Notes: generated by a model from the letters alone, not told the origin. 64,000 nucleotides of DNA from Candidatus Poribacteria bacterium (GCA_036339735.1 JAYZAL010000064.1:64001-128000), one strand, 5' to 3'. Positions 1 to 10,158 are shown, counted from the first letter of the stretch. Numbers and translations are program-made.

Positions 1-904
1 CCGCTACAACGTCATCTAAAGTTGACTCACCACCAGGCAAACGATTTATTTTAATAGTCAGGCTATTTGCACCCGTTCCGTTAAGCGATACAGCAAAAGT
101 AGAAATCCGTACTCCTTCACCGATAACCACGGCACCAGTTTTTTCATTAACCACAACCGTTGCTACAGTATCAGGCTCAACGGTCAATTCACCTAACATC
201 GAAACAAAACCGACTAACTTCTTTTTGTAAGCATCAGGAATTCGAACTTGAATAGTACTTGGGTCTTTCGGCTCCGCTATCCCTTCCCATAATGTTTCGT
301 TTATTTTCTTTGTAACTAAACTAGCTGTACTAAAGTCGGGATGATTCAAACGAAGAGATAAAACTTCCAAGTCATCGAAGTTGGTGTCAATCTTATTTAC
401 TACTAATCCACCTTTTGCGATACTACCAATCGGAGCCTCTCGTTCACCAGGAGCTGCCACTGATGCAATCACTCCCTGAGCCGTTGCATAAACACGACCA
501 TCAGCCGCCTGAAGCCGAGCGAAAAGAAGTGTACCACCACTCAGAGTTTTTGCATCACCGACAGAAGAAACCATTACATCAATCTGATCTCCAGCTTTAG
601 AAAAAGGCGGCAACTCCGCAGTAACTGATACAGCTGCGATGTTTCGAGCTTGCAATCCATCCGGACTAATCCTTAACCCCTCCATTCGAGTCAGCATGTT
701 AGACACAGCTTGCCTGGCTAAAGCCAATCGTGTACTATCACCAGTACCGGGCAAACCGACCACAATCCCCATCCCCCAGAGCTGATTAGAGCTCATTTCT
801 GGTATAGTCGTCACGTCTTTTATCCGGACTGATACGGAATTAGCTTCAAAAGCCGACCCTATAAATACACAAAAGAAGAAAATAATACAAACTTTCTGTT
901 TCAT
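1..904 (-). CDS. flgI: Flagellar P-ring protein FlgI (3' end runs off the window)
   Basis: Not in the ORF track. Manual translation from ATG 904 gives MKQKVCIIFFF...VRIKDVTT..NQLWGMGIVVGLPGTGD, the FlgI N-terminal signature. Directly follows flgH. Confidence 0.93.
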   Translation of the reverse strand, partial: MKQKVCIIFFFCVFIGSAFEANSVSVRIKDVTTIPEMSSNQLWGMGIVVGLPGTGDSTRLALARQAVSNMLTRMEGLRISPDGLQARNIAAVSVTAELPPFSKAGDQIDVMVSSVGDAKTLSGGTLLFARLQAADGRVYATAQGVIASVAAPGEREAPIGSIAKGGLVVNKIDTNFDDLEVLSLRLNHPDFSTASLVTKKINETLWEGIAEPKDPSTIQVRIPDAYKKKLVGFVSMLGELTVEPDTVATVVVNEKTGAVVIGEGVRISTFAVSLNGTGANSLTIKINRLPGGESTLDDVVA

Positions 905-918
905 ATGATGAACTTTGC

Positions 919-1584
919 TCAAAACAACAACCCCAAAAGGCTCCCAACAAACCGAAATGGGAAAGTAATCACGCGAACAATGGGGCCTTGTTTTTGTACT
1001 GCTGACCTAGGGGCAACATACCGAATATTAGCTTCAGCTAGTGCGGTTGAAATAATACTATTATCAGGTGCAATGTCTAGTGGCCTTACTATTCCTTCTA
1101 CAAAAATCTCCGTTTCTTGATCATCAATTGCGGTTTGCTGAGTTCCCGAAATCCTGAGGTTCCCATTTTCCAGAACTTCTACTATCGTTGCAGTTACAGT
1201 TGCAACGAAACTAGTTTGTCGCGATGTCGATCGACTACCAGACTTCTGAGTCTGCCCCGAAAGAGAAGCAGAACCAGCTCCAGTTGGAATTGGACTTAAG
1301 AAACCTGCACCTGCTGGTATCTCGGTTGCTGCATCAAGCTTTGCACTTCGATTTCTAGCTGACTGCATATTCTGATTAGCTTGGGCATTTTGAACCACTA
1401 CCACTCGAATCAAATCCCCTACTTTTTTGCTAATCAAATCGCTGTAAACTTCACTGCCGAGTTGACCTTCACTATACAAAATCTGGGCTGGCAACATGGA
1501 AAACCACTGCCCCAAAACAAGAAGTGACAATAAGACCAGCAGAGCAAAAGTAAAATGTGTTTTTCGTGTTACCCTCAACATCAC
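919..1584 (-). CDS. flgH: Flagellar L-ring protein FlgH
   Basis: YSD..KKVGDLIRV, VTATIVEVLENGNLRISG and GIVRPLDIAPDNSI motifs; lies between flgA and flgI. Confidence 0.92.
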   Translation of the reverse strand: MMLRVTRKTHFTFALLVLLSLLVLGQWFSMLPAQILYSEGQLGSEVYSDLISKKVGDLIRVVVVQNAQANQNMQSARNRSAKLDAATEIPAGAGFLSPIPTGAGSASLSGQTQKSGSRSTSRQTSFVATVTATIVEVLENGNLRISGTQQTAIDDQETEIFVEGIVRPLDIAPDNSIISTALAEANIRYVAPRSAVQKQGPIVRVITFPFRFVGSLLGLLF

Positions 1585-1604
1585 CTATCTACTTATCACG
1601 TTTT

Positions 1605-2633
1605 TCACGGATTAACTGCTATTTCACCACTTTCTGTCACGACACCCACTAGTGTCTTTTTTGAAGCTTTATTCACGACTTTAACGCGTTCACCAACACG
1701 CCCATCCGTTAGAGCTTTTCCAGTAGCACGAACGACCACACCTTTCAACTGAACAGTGATCGGAACCTCTGATCCAATCAACACCTTAGGTGTTGACTCC
1801 ACGTTCCTTTTTAAGAGGAACTCTCCCGGCTTAACCCTAGTTTTCGATCTAGAACCCGAAACTTCAGACAACTTAAGTGGAACGCTTCTGAGGTTTGTGA
1901 AAGTTTGCTCCGCCTGATCCAACATCTGAATCGATATAGGCTGGTACCGATCGATCCCTTGCTTTGCAACAAGCACACTGGTTGTCACCTCGATGTCCAA
2001 TGGAACTACTATCGATTTTTTTTTGTCTTCATCTACAAAAATATCGACATAAACGTTCAGAGCCCCTGACAAGAATGCTGCCGGGATAGGACGCAGAGAA
2101 TAACGAGTTTTTCCGAACGGCAAGACGAACTTACGAATTCCTCTTCCAACCCTGACTTCATACTCAGCAGGAAACCTACCATAAAGCTCCCTCTTAACTT
2201 GACTTAAAACAAATCGCTCTAACTCCTCAACCCCAGCATCATGACTTTTCCTACCAACTAGAACTTTCGATGAAGGTTCAATACTAATAAGGTCGGGCGA
2301 CAAACCAACGCTTTCTAAACCTGAACGACCAATCCGCAAGTAAACACCAACTGATCTAGCTGTCAGCTCAATTGCGGGACGCCCCGGCAATGGCGCGGGC
2401 TTAAGCTTCAACTCATTCAAAGCCTTAAGCTGTTTCGGTTCTATTTGGCCCTCAATCTTAGCTGTCACATCCCCAAGCCTAATAGGAGTAGAGATGACAT
2501 TGACTTTTTGATGCAAAGTCAGCTTTAACGGACCAGAACTAACCCCACCGGCACTCGACGCAAGAAACACGAGCAACCAAGAGAGTTTAAAAACAACTAA
2601 GCACCTAAGCTTATGCACTACCAACCTAAACAA
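1605..2633 (-). CDS. flgA: Flagellar P-ring assembly chaperone FlgA
   Basis: Signal peptide; C-terminal SAF-type motif GKALTDGRVGERVKVVNKASKK; flgG-flgA-flgH-flgI synteny. Confidence 0.88.
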   Translation of the reverse strand: MFRLVVHKLRCLVVFKLSWLLVFLASSAGGVSSGPLKLTLHQKVNVISTPIRLGDVTAKIEGQIEPKQLKALNELKLKPAPLPGRPAIELTARSVGVYLRIGRSGLESVGLSPDLISIEPSSKVLVGRKSHDAGVEELERFVLSQVKRELYGRFPAEYEVRVGRGIRKFVLPFGKTRYSLRPIPAAFLSGALNVYVDIFVDEDKKKSIVVPLDIEVTTSVLVAKQGIDRYQPISIQMLDQAEQTFTNLRSVPLKLSEVSGSRSKTRVKPGEFLLKRNVESTPKVLIGSEVPITVQLKGVVVRATGKALTDGRVGERVKVVNKASKKTLVGVVTESGEIAVNP

Positions 2634-2654
2634 CTATAAAGCTAAAAATGTCGT

Positions 2655-3434
2655 CTATCGACGAATTGAATTCGCTGTTGACAGCATGTCATCGGAGGCC
2701 ATAATCGCACGGGAATTGGCTTCGTACGCCCTCTGCCCAGTAATCAACCGAACCATTTCTTCTACAACTTCCACATTTGAAATCTCAAGAAACCCAGAAG
2801 TCATCGTTCCAAACTGGTCAATTTGCTCAACTCCAGATGCGACTGTAGCTCGATAAAAATTTTGCCCCACGCTTTGTAGACCTGCGGGATTAGCAAAGCG
2901 ATAGATGGTGACTTGGCCAACCTGCTGCGGTTCCGCTTGCCCATCTTCCCGAACTGAAATAGTTCCATCGGACCCAATCGTGACCTCAGCAGCGCTATCC
3001 GCAGGAATAGTAATGGCCGGATCCATGGAAAAACCGTCAGACGTTACTAGTTGCCCTTGGTCATCTAATTTAAAGGACCCATCCCGCGTGTACAGAAAAT
3101 TTTGCTTATCGTCTACGACTTTGAAAAACGAATACGGGCTATCCAACTTCAAGTCAAACGAGTTCTTAGTTTCTACAACATTCCCCAAAGAAAACATGCG
3201 CTGTGTAGCTGCTGGACGAACGCCGTGACCTAATTGAATTCCGACTGGAACTATGGTCTCCTGCGTACTTTGTGCACCCGGTGTCCGGATAGTTTGGTAC
3301 AGCAAATCTTGAAACTCAACGCGAGCTTTCTTAAAACCAGTCGTGTTGACGTTCGCTAAATTGTTTGCAATGGTGTCGATATTGAATTGTTGGGCACGCA
3401 TCCCTGTTGCAGAGGTCCACAATGCGTTAATCAT
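2655..3434 (-). CDS. flgG: Flagellar distal rod protein FlgG (start taken at ATG 3434)
   Basis: ALWTSATGM..QQ..IDTIANNLANVNTTGFKK, FQDLLYQT, YTRDGSF and LEISNVEVVEEMV..QRAYEANS motifs. Confidence 0.95.
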   Translation of the reverse strand: MINALWTSATGMRAQQFNIDTIANNLANVNTTGFKKARVEFQDLLYQTIRTPGAQSTQETIVPVGIQLGHGVRPAATQRMFSLGNVVETKNSFDLKLDSPYSFFKVVDDKQNFLYTRDGSFKLDDQGQLVTSDGFSMDPAITIPADSAAEVTIGSDGTISVREDGQAEPQQVGQVTIYRFANPAGLQSVGQNFYRATVASGVEQIDQFGTMTSGFLEISNVEVVEEMVRLITGQRAYEANSRAIMASDDMLSTANSIRR

Positions 3435-3651
3435 AAAAAACAACCTTTGTGTCAGAAAATTAAACAACCGATCGCCTGACTTAGGCGAAAACAGGAGTCC
3501 ATCATTTAGTTTGGTTCGCTTTTCGGCAAGGTATTGAGGGGGAGAAAACTTATTGTTTTCATATCTTCTGGTTGCCTCAATCAGTCAGCAACCACTAGCT
3601 TCTGCCAAGCAGTCCAGCCAGTAACTTCCTTCTCTTCACTCACCGTGGCCA

Positions 3652-3680
3652 AGATTATCACAGTTTGTTTTTTTTGTCAA
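3652..3680 (-). promoter_or_regulatory. Sigma70-type promoter for the flgG operon
   Basis: Minus strand reads TTGACA-N17-TAATCT with an extended -10 TG. Confidence 0.6.
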
Positions 3681-3728
3681 TATATAAAAGGGTGTTTTCT
3701 TCGGCAAACGAAATTAAAAACTATCCCT

Positions 3729-4091
3729 CTAACTTTCTTTCTGGTTATCTCCGGTATTACAACGAATCATGGTGTGTACAGCCGAAACAGTTTTTACTTC
3801 TGGTTCGTCAGCGAAAATTGCAATTAGCCTTCCCTGATTTTTCGAGAAATGACGCCTCACAGCTTCTTTGACTTTATTTTGTAATTCTCTTGAAAATTGG
3901 CTTATAGAAAGAGTTTCCAGATCTTGCTTTAGTTGGCCCCAATTTTTATAATAATCTTGAATTCTAAATGCGGAAGCTAAAGTTGACATTTTCTCCAGTT
4001 CTGCATATATACACTTCCAATCGCTAGTTTCCATATCAACTTCAAGATTCAAGTTAATTGATATATCTGCATTAAAACTAAACTTATTCAT
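3729..4091 (-). CDS. Hypothetical protein
   Basis: 120-aa ORF directly after the M28 gene on the same strand; no recognised motif; start uncertain. Confidence 0.55.
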   Translation of the reverse strand: MNKFSFNADISINLNLEVDMETSDWKCIYAELEKMSTLASAFRIQDYYKNWGQLKQDLETLSISQFSRELQNKVKEAVRRHFSKNQGRLIAIFADEPEVKTVSAVHTMIRCNTGDNQKES

Positions 4092-4116
4092 TAAGATCTC
4101 TATCTTGTTTGGCAGG

Positions 4117-6990
4117 TTATTTTTTGCCTATCGGAAGTATTCTAAATGACATCTGTTCCCCTCCACGATTAACAACGATTGTGGTTCCTTTCCCAATTTT
4201 CAGACTATCTACCGCGTAAGTATAATGATAAACATGCGTTATCCGACGGCCAGCTAATTCAACAATCACATCTCCATTTTTAATTCCAGCTCTCTCTGCT
4301 GGGCTGCCAATATGAACTCTTGATACCTTGATGCCGACCACATCGTTTGCGCTGTAATTCATGGACATACCCAATTCGATATGGAGTATATCTAGATCGC
4401 TAACAAATGCTAGATTACCCTTTACTTCTGTATAGGGCAATCTAGCGTTTAAATCAGCTAAATCAGATATTATGTCAGCCGAAAATTGACTTATGCGTTG
4501 CAACCCCCCGTAATTCAGAGTTTCTGAATCATCTTCAGGTCGGTTATAGTTTTGGTGACCACCAGTAAAAAGGTTAATTACTGGAATCTTTCGTGTATAA
4601 AAGGTGACTGCGTCGGTTGGCAGATATGGATTATCAGATAAAGTTAATTGAAAAGCGGCTTTATCATTGTGTTTTTTGATCAATTGAGTCCAGTGAGGCG
4701 AGGATCCTACTCCCTGTAACAACAGCCGATCGTTTCTTAATTTACCCACCATATCGAGATTAATATAAGCAACAATTTTGCTAAGATCAATCAAGGGATT
4801 CTCGGCAAAATGTGTGGAACCGATGAAACCCAACTCCTCTCCAGACCAGAATGAGAAGAGAATACCACGTTTTTGATTTCCAGACATAGCATGTGCAATT
4901 TCTAATACAGCAGCAGTTCCAGAAGCATTATCATCGGCACCATTATGAATATCTCCTTCTTTTTCATTTTTAGTTAAAGTACGAAAATCACCTTTACCAA
5001 TGTGGTCGTAATGAGCACCGACCATAACATATTCATCAATTTGACCTGGTAAAAGACCAATCACGTTTTGGTCCTTACCAATAATTCGATCAACATTCGT
5101 ACTGATTTTCACCCTCAAACCGGGGATCTCAAAGTGTGTAGCCGCAGATGGTCTTTCAATCTCTATCTGTTGCTGGACCGATTTTATGTTTTTGCCAGCC
5201 AAAGCAAACATGTGATTGGCTACCTGACCGTTAATCGAGACAGACACAATTCCCGAAGTTAGATTGGTATCAAATTCCAGCGGAACTAACGTGCCAGAAT
5301 CGGGGGAAATCGGTCCAGTGGCCACAAGAAGAGCCTTAGCACCTTGTTTACGAGCAACCATAGCTTTATAAGGCAGGCTCATATATTGATTGAGTTGCTG
5401 GTGTCGTCCTATGCTGACTGACTTTGGAGCGTAACGGAAAATCAACACAATTTTCCCTCTCACATCCAGATCTTGATAGGAATTAAAGCCTTCTTCAGGA
5501 GCCAGTAGACCATAACCGGCAAAAACGACCTCACCGGATACAGTTCGATTCGCAGTAAACGAAAGTGGCTGGTAACTGATACCTGTTGTTAGTCGATCAA
5601 CAGAATTTGCCAAATGAAGTTCGAAAAAGTTATTACTTGGGGTAACTTTAACCCCGGAGGTAAATTCGAAAGGCTGAAGAAAACTGTCAGAAAGCGGTTG
5701 TAATCCGATTTGTTTCAAGTATTCACTGATATATTCAGCTGCTTTTTGAGTTCCAGCCGTCCCTGTCATTCGCCCTGCTAAATTGTCACTGGCCAGAAAT
5801 TTAACCTGAGATAGAAGATCAGATTCCGTAATGTTCGGTTGAAAAGAATGTGGTGATTCTTTAGTCGAATTCAACAGAGCCCGTCGAGCCGATCGATGAT
5901 TCCAATCGGCGAGAAACAGCTGTGATTCTCCACTATTGGTTCGGTTACTAGTCCAACAAAGTTTATTACCTTCAGGGGAAAAAACGGGCAATCCATCGAA
6001 TCGTTGGTTATATGTGACTCGAACTGGTTGACGTTGACCTTCAGTATCAACTAAGAAAAGTTCAAAGTTGGCAAAACTCAGTTTATTACTCGCAAAAATT
6101 ATGTATTCTCCAGAAGGATGAAAATACGGAGCCCAAGACATAGATTCAAAACGAGTGACCTGTTGTTGATTTTTCCCGTCCAGATCCATGGTAAAAATAT
6201 CGGAGGTCAGTCCTTCATAGTCAAAACGTTGCCAAATAATTTTCTTACCATCCGGAGAAAAAAATGGCCCACCATCATAACCCGGTTGATACGTTAATCT
6301 TTGCACCTTCGACCCGTCGTATCTCATTAAATATATTTCACCGAAATAAGATGGATTGACTTTGAATCGTTTTTGGTTTTCCTCTGAGAGCTGATCGATA
6401 GGATAAGCAGAACGAAAGGAGCAAAAAACAATGTGTTCCCCATTTGGGGAATAAGTACCTTGTGCATCATATCCAACATGATTGGTTAATCGGCGGAGTT
6501 CTTGTCCAGATCTATTGGCCGTATAAATCTCCATATTTTCATCATATACTGAGCTGTATTTTCTTTCCCAGAAAGAACTATGCAGTTTAGCTTCTGCCCC
6601 CTGATCTTCAGCTGTTTGTGAATCATGATGGTTTGAAGCAAATAAAATGCGACTGCCCGTAGGATGAAAAAAAGCACACGTCGCTTTACCCTTTCCGGTC
6701 GAAATCCGATGGTACTTATCGGTTTTCAAATCCAGAGTATAAATTTGGGAAAATGGATTATCAACTTCCCTTTCGCTCTGGAAAACCAACTGTTGTCCAC
6801 TAGTAGAAAAGTATCCTTCTCCTGCCTGTCCTGTATGAGAGGTTAATTGGCAGGTACGACGTAGAAAACTATTTTCCATCCCTTGAACTGGGATTAACAC
6901 TAGGCAGGTTAGTACCACGTGAAAAGCTACAAGGGGAGATTGCCTGTTGAACCTAAATTTGATTTCAGTATCAAACCCCAAAAACAGCAA
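4117..6990 (-). CDS. Secreted M28-family peptidase with N-terminal TolB/PD40 propeller, PA domain and C-terminal PDZ
   Basis: Repeated FSPDG/FHPSG PD40 motifs; VFAGYG..DVRGKIVL (PA); GAHYDH, GADDNASG, GEELG, NLDMVG (M28); GSPAERAGIKNGDVI (PDZ). Start uncertain. Confidence 0.9.
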   Translation of the reverse strand: MLFLGFDTEIKFRFNRQSPLVAFHVVLTCLVLIPVQGMENSFLRRTCQLTSHTGQAGEGYFSTSGQQLVFQSEREVDNPFSQIYTLDLKTDKYHRISTGKGKATCAFFHPTGSRILFASNHHDSQTAEDQGAEAKLHSSFWERKYSSVYDENMEIYTANRSGQELRRLTNHVGYDAQGTYSPNGEHIVFCSFRSAYPIDQLSEENQKRFKVNPSYFGEIYLMRYDGSKVQRLTYQPGYDGGPFFSPDGKKIIWQRFDYEGLTSDIFTMDLDGKNQQQVTRFESMSWAPYFHPSGEYIIFASNKLSFANFELFLVDTEGQRQPVRVTYNQRFDGLPVFSPEGNKLCWTSNRTNSGESQLFLADWNHRSARRALLNSTKESPHSFQPNITESDLLSQVKFLASDNLAGRMTGTAGTQKAAEYISEYLKQIGLQPLSDSFLQPFEFTSGVKVTPSNNFFELHLANSVDRLTTGISYQPLSFTANRTVSGEVVFAGYGLLAPEEGFNSYQDLDVRGKIVLIFRYAPKSVSIGRHQQLNQYMSLPYKAMVARKQGAKALLVATGPISPDSGTLVPLEFDTNLTSGIVSVSINGQVANHMFALAGKNIKSVQQQIEIERPSAATHFEIPGLRVKISTNVDRIIGKDQNVIGLLPGQIDEYVMVGAHYDHIGKGDFRTLTKNEKEGDIHNGADDNASGTAAVLEIAHAMSGNQKRGILFSFWSGEELGFIGSTHFAENPLIDLSKIVAYINLDMVGKLRNDRLLLQGVGSSPHWTQLIKKHNDKAAFQLTLSDNPYLPTDAVTFYTRKIPVINLFTGGHQNYNRPEDDSETLNYGGLQRISQFSADIISDLADLNARLPYTEVKGNLAFVSDLDILHIELGMSMNYSANDVVGIKVSRVHIGSPAERAGIKNGDVIVELAGRRITHVYHYTYAVDSLKIGKGTTIVVNRGGEQMSFRILPIGKK

Positions 6991-7145
6991 ACTAATATTA
7001 GCAGGACAGCGTATGATCCTTTCACCCTGTATTCATCACATTAATACCATCTTTAAAACCGATTTTTTTGCTAAAAAACCGGATCTTGTAGGGAAAGTTA
7101 AACATCAAACAAGTATGTTACAGCTTAACCATGAGTACTCGACTT

Positions 7146-7907
7146 TTACCATTGGGCAAACTCAGTTAAAAAATCAACTACCTCAGCACAAATAGCAGTC
7201 AACAATGACTCACCCTTTTCAGCTGTTGCAGCTTGCGGTTGTCCCATAGCACCAGTCGGAGTAGATGTTGCCATGCGTTTCGCTACATTAACACGACCTA
7301 GATTTTCACTATGATAGTAAGCTGAATCAACTAGTGGTGGGCTTGCAGTCACACGATCCATTCGCATTAGCTCACCTTTCAAGTACAACATCATTGAGGT
7401 TTCGTACTCACCTGCATGTGACAACTGAAGGCTTGCCATTCCATGTTGATCGGCTGACATGACAGGGGATGCTAAGGTCCAGTATGATGATAAGGCCAAC
7501 CACATCTCGTTATATCGATCTGACTCATTGACTAATTCAGTGATTGCCTGCGTTCCTGGTGTTACATTACCACCATGCCCGTTTAATAAAAATACTCTTT
7601 GAAATCCAGCCATAGCAATTGACCGGACTACATTCTTGATCACCTCGGTATACAGACTGTTAGGGATACTGATAGTACCGGGCAAATCAAGGTGATGGTC
7701 GGATGCTCCTAGCCACAAAGTTGGTAAAAGATAAACCTGATCTGCCAATTTGGCCTCTACTCGTTCAGCAACGGCCGATACTAGATACGTATCAGTAAAT
7801 AGGGGCGAATGGTGCCCATGTTGCTCAAATGACCCAAGTGGTAAAACGACCACTTTATCTTTGTCCATCGCTTCTACATCAACCCAACATTGATTACCAA
7901 ATATCAT
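7146..7907 (-). CDS. Creatininase/amidohydrolase family protein
   Basis: LPLGSFEQHGHHSP..TD, GASDHH..PGT, NGHGGN and HAGEYETS motifs. Confidence 0.92.
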   Translation of the reverse strand: MIFGNQCWVDVEAMDKDKVVVLPLGSFEQHGHHSPLFTDTYLVSAVAERVEAKLADQVYLLPTLWLGASDHHLDLPGTISIPNSLYTEVIKNVVRSIAMAGFQRVFLLNGHGGNVTPGTQAITELVNESDRYNEMWLALSSYWTLASPVMSADQHGMASLQLSHAGEYETSMMLYLKGELMRMDRVTASPPLVDSAYYHSENLGRVNVAKRMATSTPTGAMGQPQAATAEKGESLLTAICAEVVDFLTEFAQW

Positions 7908-7982
7908 GATTTGCTCCTATTTTTTTCTTTTGTTTTAAATTTCATAAATCCACCTCCAGTTCAGAAGGGAACCTACTCTTTA

Positions 7983-8870
7983 TTAACTCTTAAATGCCTG
8001 ATTCCAATCTGAGTGGGACTGGGCTACACTCTCTGGTGTCTGATGACTTCGGGCTACAAATCCAGGGACATTCCGACGCCCCGTGGGTAAACCAATTTGA
8101 CTATAGCGAGTATCGATACTCCATCTGACCATATTGGACCGATTTGGCAATCCTCTATGTACTAAACGTTCGGTACTCAAAAGTACATCACCAACTGACA
8201 TTTCTGCCGTTATAATCTTACCAGTTGGCAGGTGGTCGTCAGCTATGCCTATGTTACCAGTATGGCCGGGTGTTAAGTCTTGCTGTCCGTGTGGAAACAA
8301 GCCAAACTTATGAGATCCTTGAATTAACTGTAAGCATCCATTTTCAACGCTAGTCGATACCAAAGGGATCCAAGCATTAACCACCATGGTATCTGCAGCT
8401 TCACTGGGAATTAGGTAAGCGAGATCTTGGTGCCATGGAATGACAGTGACCTGCTGATCTGGTAGTTTTGCCCGAAAATTGAATTGTGGGTGAGCAAAAA
8501 TTTCTGGCCCAATGATTGATTCAATCGCATCTAGCAGTGGGCCAGCTGTACGAACAGAAAACATACCTTCAGTTCTCGGTTTCTGATCCCGGAAAAAATT
8601 GTTCCAAATCCAACCGGGTTCCGAACAAGCAGCAGAAGCATACACCAGTCGGGTAGCAAAAGTCGCCTCAGTGAACGTTTGGTCAACCGATAACAGTCCC
8701 ATAGAAATGGCTGACTGAATCCCTACCTCCACCTTGTCGGATAACTCATTAATGATTGGTCGCAAGTCATACGAAGACAGCATTTTTTTAACAATTAAAA
8801 ACCCATCTTCTTGAAACTGCTCTTTTTGCTTGAGTGTTAAGGATTGGCTTAACTTATTTACGTTTGGCAT
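7983..8870 (-). CDS. Phytanoyl-CoA dioxygenase (PhyH)-family Fe(II)/2OG enzyme
   Basis: PWHQD, WIPL..ENGCL..GSH, distal H (LVHRG), R.S.D.RY. Confidence 0.92.
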   Translation of the reverse strand: MPNVNKLSQSLTLKQKEQFQEDGFLIVKKMLSSYDLRPIINELSDKVEVGIQSAISMGLLSVDQTFTEATFATRLVYASAACSEPGWIWNNFFRDQKPRTEGMFSVRTAGPLLDAIESIIGPEIFAHPQFNFRAKLPDQQVTVIPWHQDLAYLIPSEAADTMVVNAWIPLVSTSVENGCLQLIQGSHKFGLFPHGQQDLTPGHTGNIGIADDHLPTGKIITAEMSVGDVLLSTERLVHRGLPNRSNMVRWSIDTRYSQIGLPTGRRNVPGFVARSHQTPESVAQSHSDWNQAFKS

Positions 8871-8953
8871 TCGTATTTACCTACAATCATTACTCATCAA
8901 CTTTACATTGTACTACATTATTCTCACTCGTCAATCTTGAGCCGAATCTCTCG

Positions 8954-8982
8954 TTGCTATCGCCGTTCTGAGTTGGTAGAAT
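8954..8982 (+). promoter_or_regulatory. Sigma70-type promoter, near-leaderless
   Basis: TTGCTA-N17-TAGAAT with extended TG, ending 8 nt before ATG 8991; no SD. Confidence 0.55.
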
Positions 8983-8990
8983 GGTAAAGT

Positions 8991-9380
8991 ATGAAAACAC
9001 TTAGCACACAAATCGAGCAATGGATTCATTCGGCTCAAGAGAAAATTGATAATGGTGGTCTTTGCCAAACAGACCTAGATCATCTGTCATCCATCCTTTT
9101 GTCTCAGCATATTCGACAACGAATACTCTACATTCATGCTGTAACACCAAGCATCCGGTCCCAGTTGATCGCGATGAGCCTACATGAGCCGATCAAAGAT
9201 CAGATAACAGAAATTGACCCTGACTATGGTGAATGGCCATATCGATCGGTACATGACGCGGTTTTAGATGGGTGGCAGATTGTACAGTTTCCGGATCAAC
9301 GAGCTAATTTTGACGACCGAGAAATTGACATTCTTGGATATGAATTTATCCTTCAAAAGCTAGAGGCTTACTATGAGTAA
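8991..9380 (+). CDS. Hypothetical protein coupled to the downstream PhyH gene
   Basis: 129-aa ORF with a promoter upstream; overlaps the next gene by 8 nt. Confidence 0.75.
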   Translation: MKTLSTQIEQWIHSAQEKIDNGGLCQTDLDHLSSILLSQHIRQRILYIHAVTPSIRSQLIAMSLHEPIKDQITEIDPDYGEWPYRSVHDAVLDGWQIVQFPDQRANFDDREIDILGYEFILQKLEAYYE

Positions 9381-10158
9381 TATCAAACCAAGTAGTGAAG
9401 TACAAGAGTGCAACTTTGTGGACTATCTGTTGACTGATGAAGAAATGATTACCTTTATTATCCATGGATATCATATAGTTGAAACCGATTTCACTTCGGA
9501 GTTTAACCAGTCAATATACGATGAGATAGAACAATTAGATGGAAACCCTGGTGACGGGATTTTGGATGCAGTTCCCAAATTGTATCAGGTCTATCAACAC
9601 CCGAAAGTCAATGGTGCCTTGGCAAGTCTATTAGGGCATCATTATGAGATGAGTGGACACCGACACTGTCATGTTAACCCAGTCGGATCTCGCAGTCAGG
9701 GATGGCATCAAGATGGCGTAAATCAGCGCCATCACCAAATTCAAACCGTATTAGCAATGTATTACCCACAAGATGTAAACTCTGATATGGGACCAACAGT
9801 AGTTGTTCCGGGAACACATTTCCGAAATGCTCCTACCGACCAGATGGCAACCTATACCAACTTTCGGCATCAGTTGCCCTTAACTGTTAAAGCAGGTACA
9901 GTAGCCATCACCCATTATGATATTTGGCACGCCGCTAGTCGAAATAAAGGCGATAGAACTCGATACATGCTTAAGTTTCTGTTCAATCGCACAGATGACC
10001 CAGACCAGCCTTGGTGGAATCATGATCCGGTGATAGCGAAAAGAGAAATCCATCGATTAGATTCGGAACGCGCGGGAGCTTGCTCCCAGTCCGATCATTA
10101 CAAAGAGCGAGGTTTAAGAAGACAAATGTGGCTTCACTTGTTAGGTCGAAAGTCCTGA
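9373..10158 (+). CDS. PhyH-family dioxygenase
   Basis: WHQDG, YYPQDV..MGPT.VVPGTH, DIWH, R.MLKF.F.R. Confidence 0.88.
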   Translation: MSNIKPSSEVQECNFVDYLLTDEEMITFIIHGYHIVETDFTSEFNQSIYDEIEQLDGNPGDGILDAVPKLYQVYQHPKVNGALASLLGHHYEMSGHRHCHVNPVGSRSQGWHQDGVNQRHHQIQTVLAMYYPQDVNSDMGPTVVVPGTHFRNAPTDQMATYTNFRHQLPLTVKAGTVAITHYDIWHAASRNKGDRTRYMLKFLFNRTDDPDQPWWNHDPVIAKREIHRLDSERAGACSQSDHYKERGLRRQMWLHLLGRKS

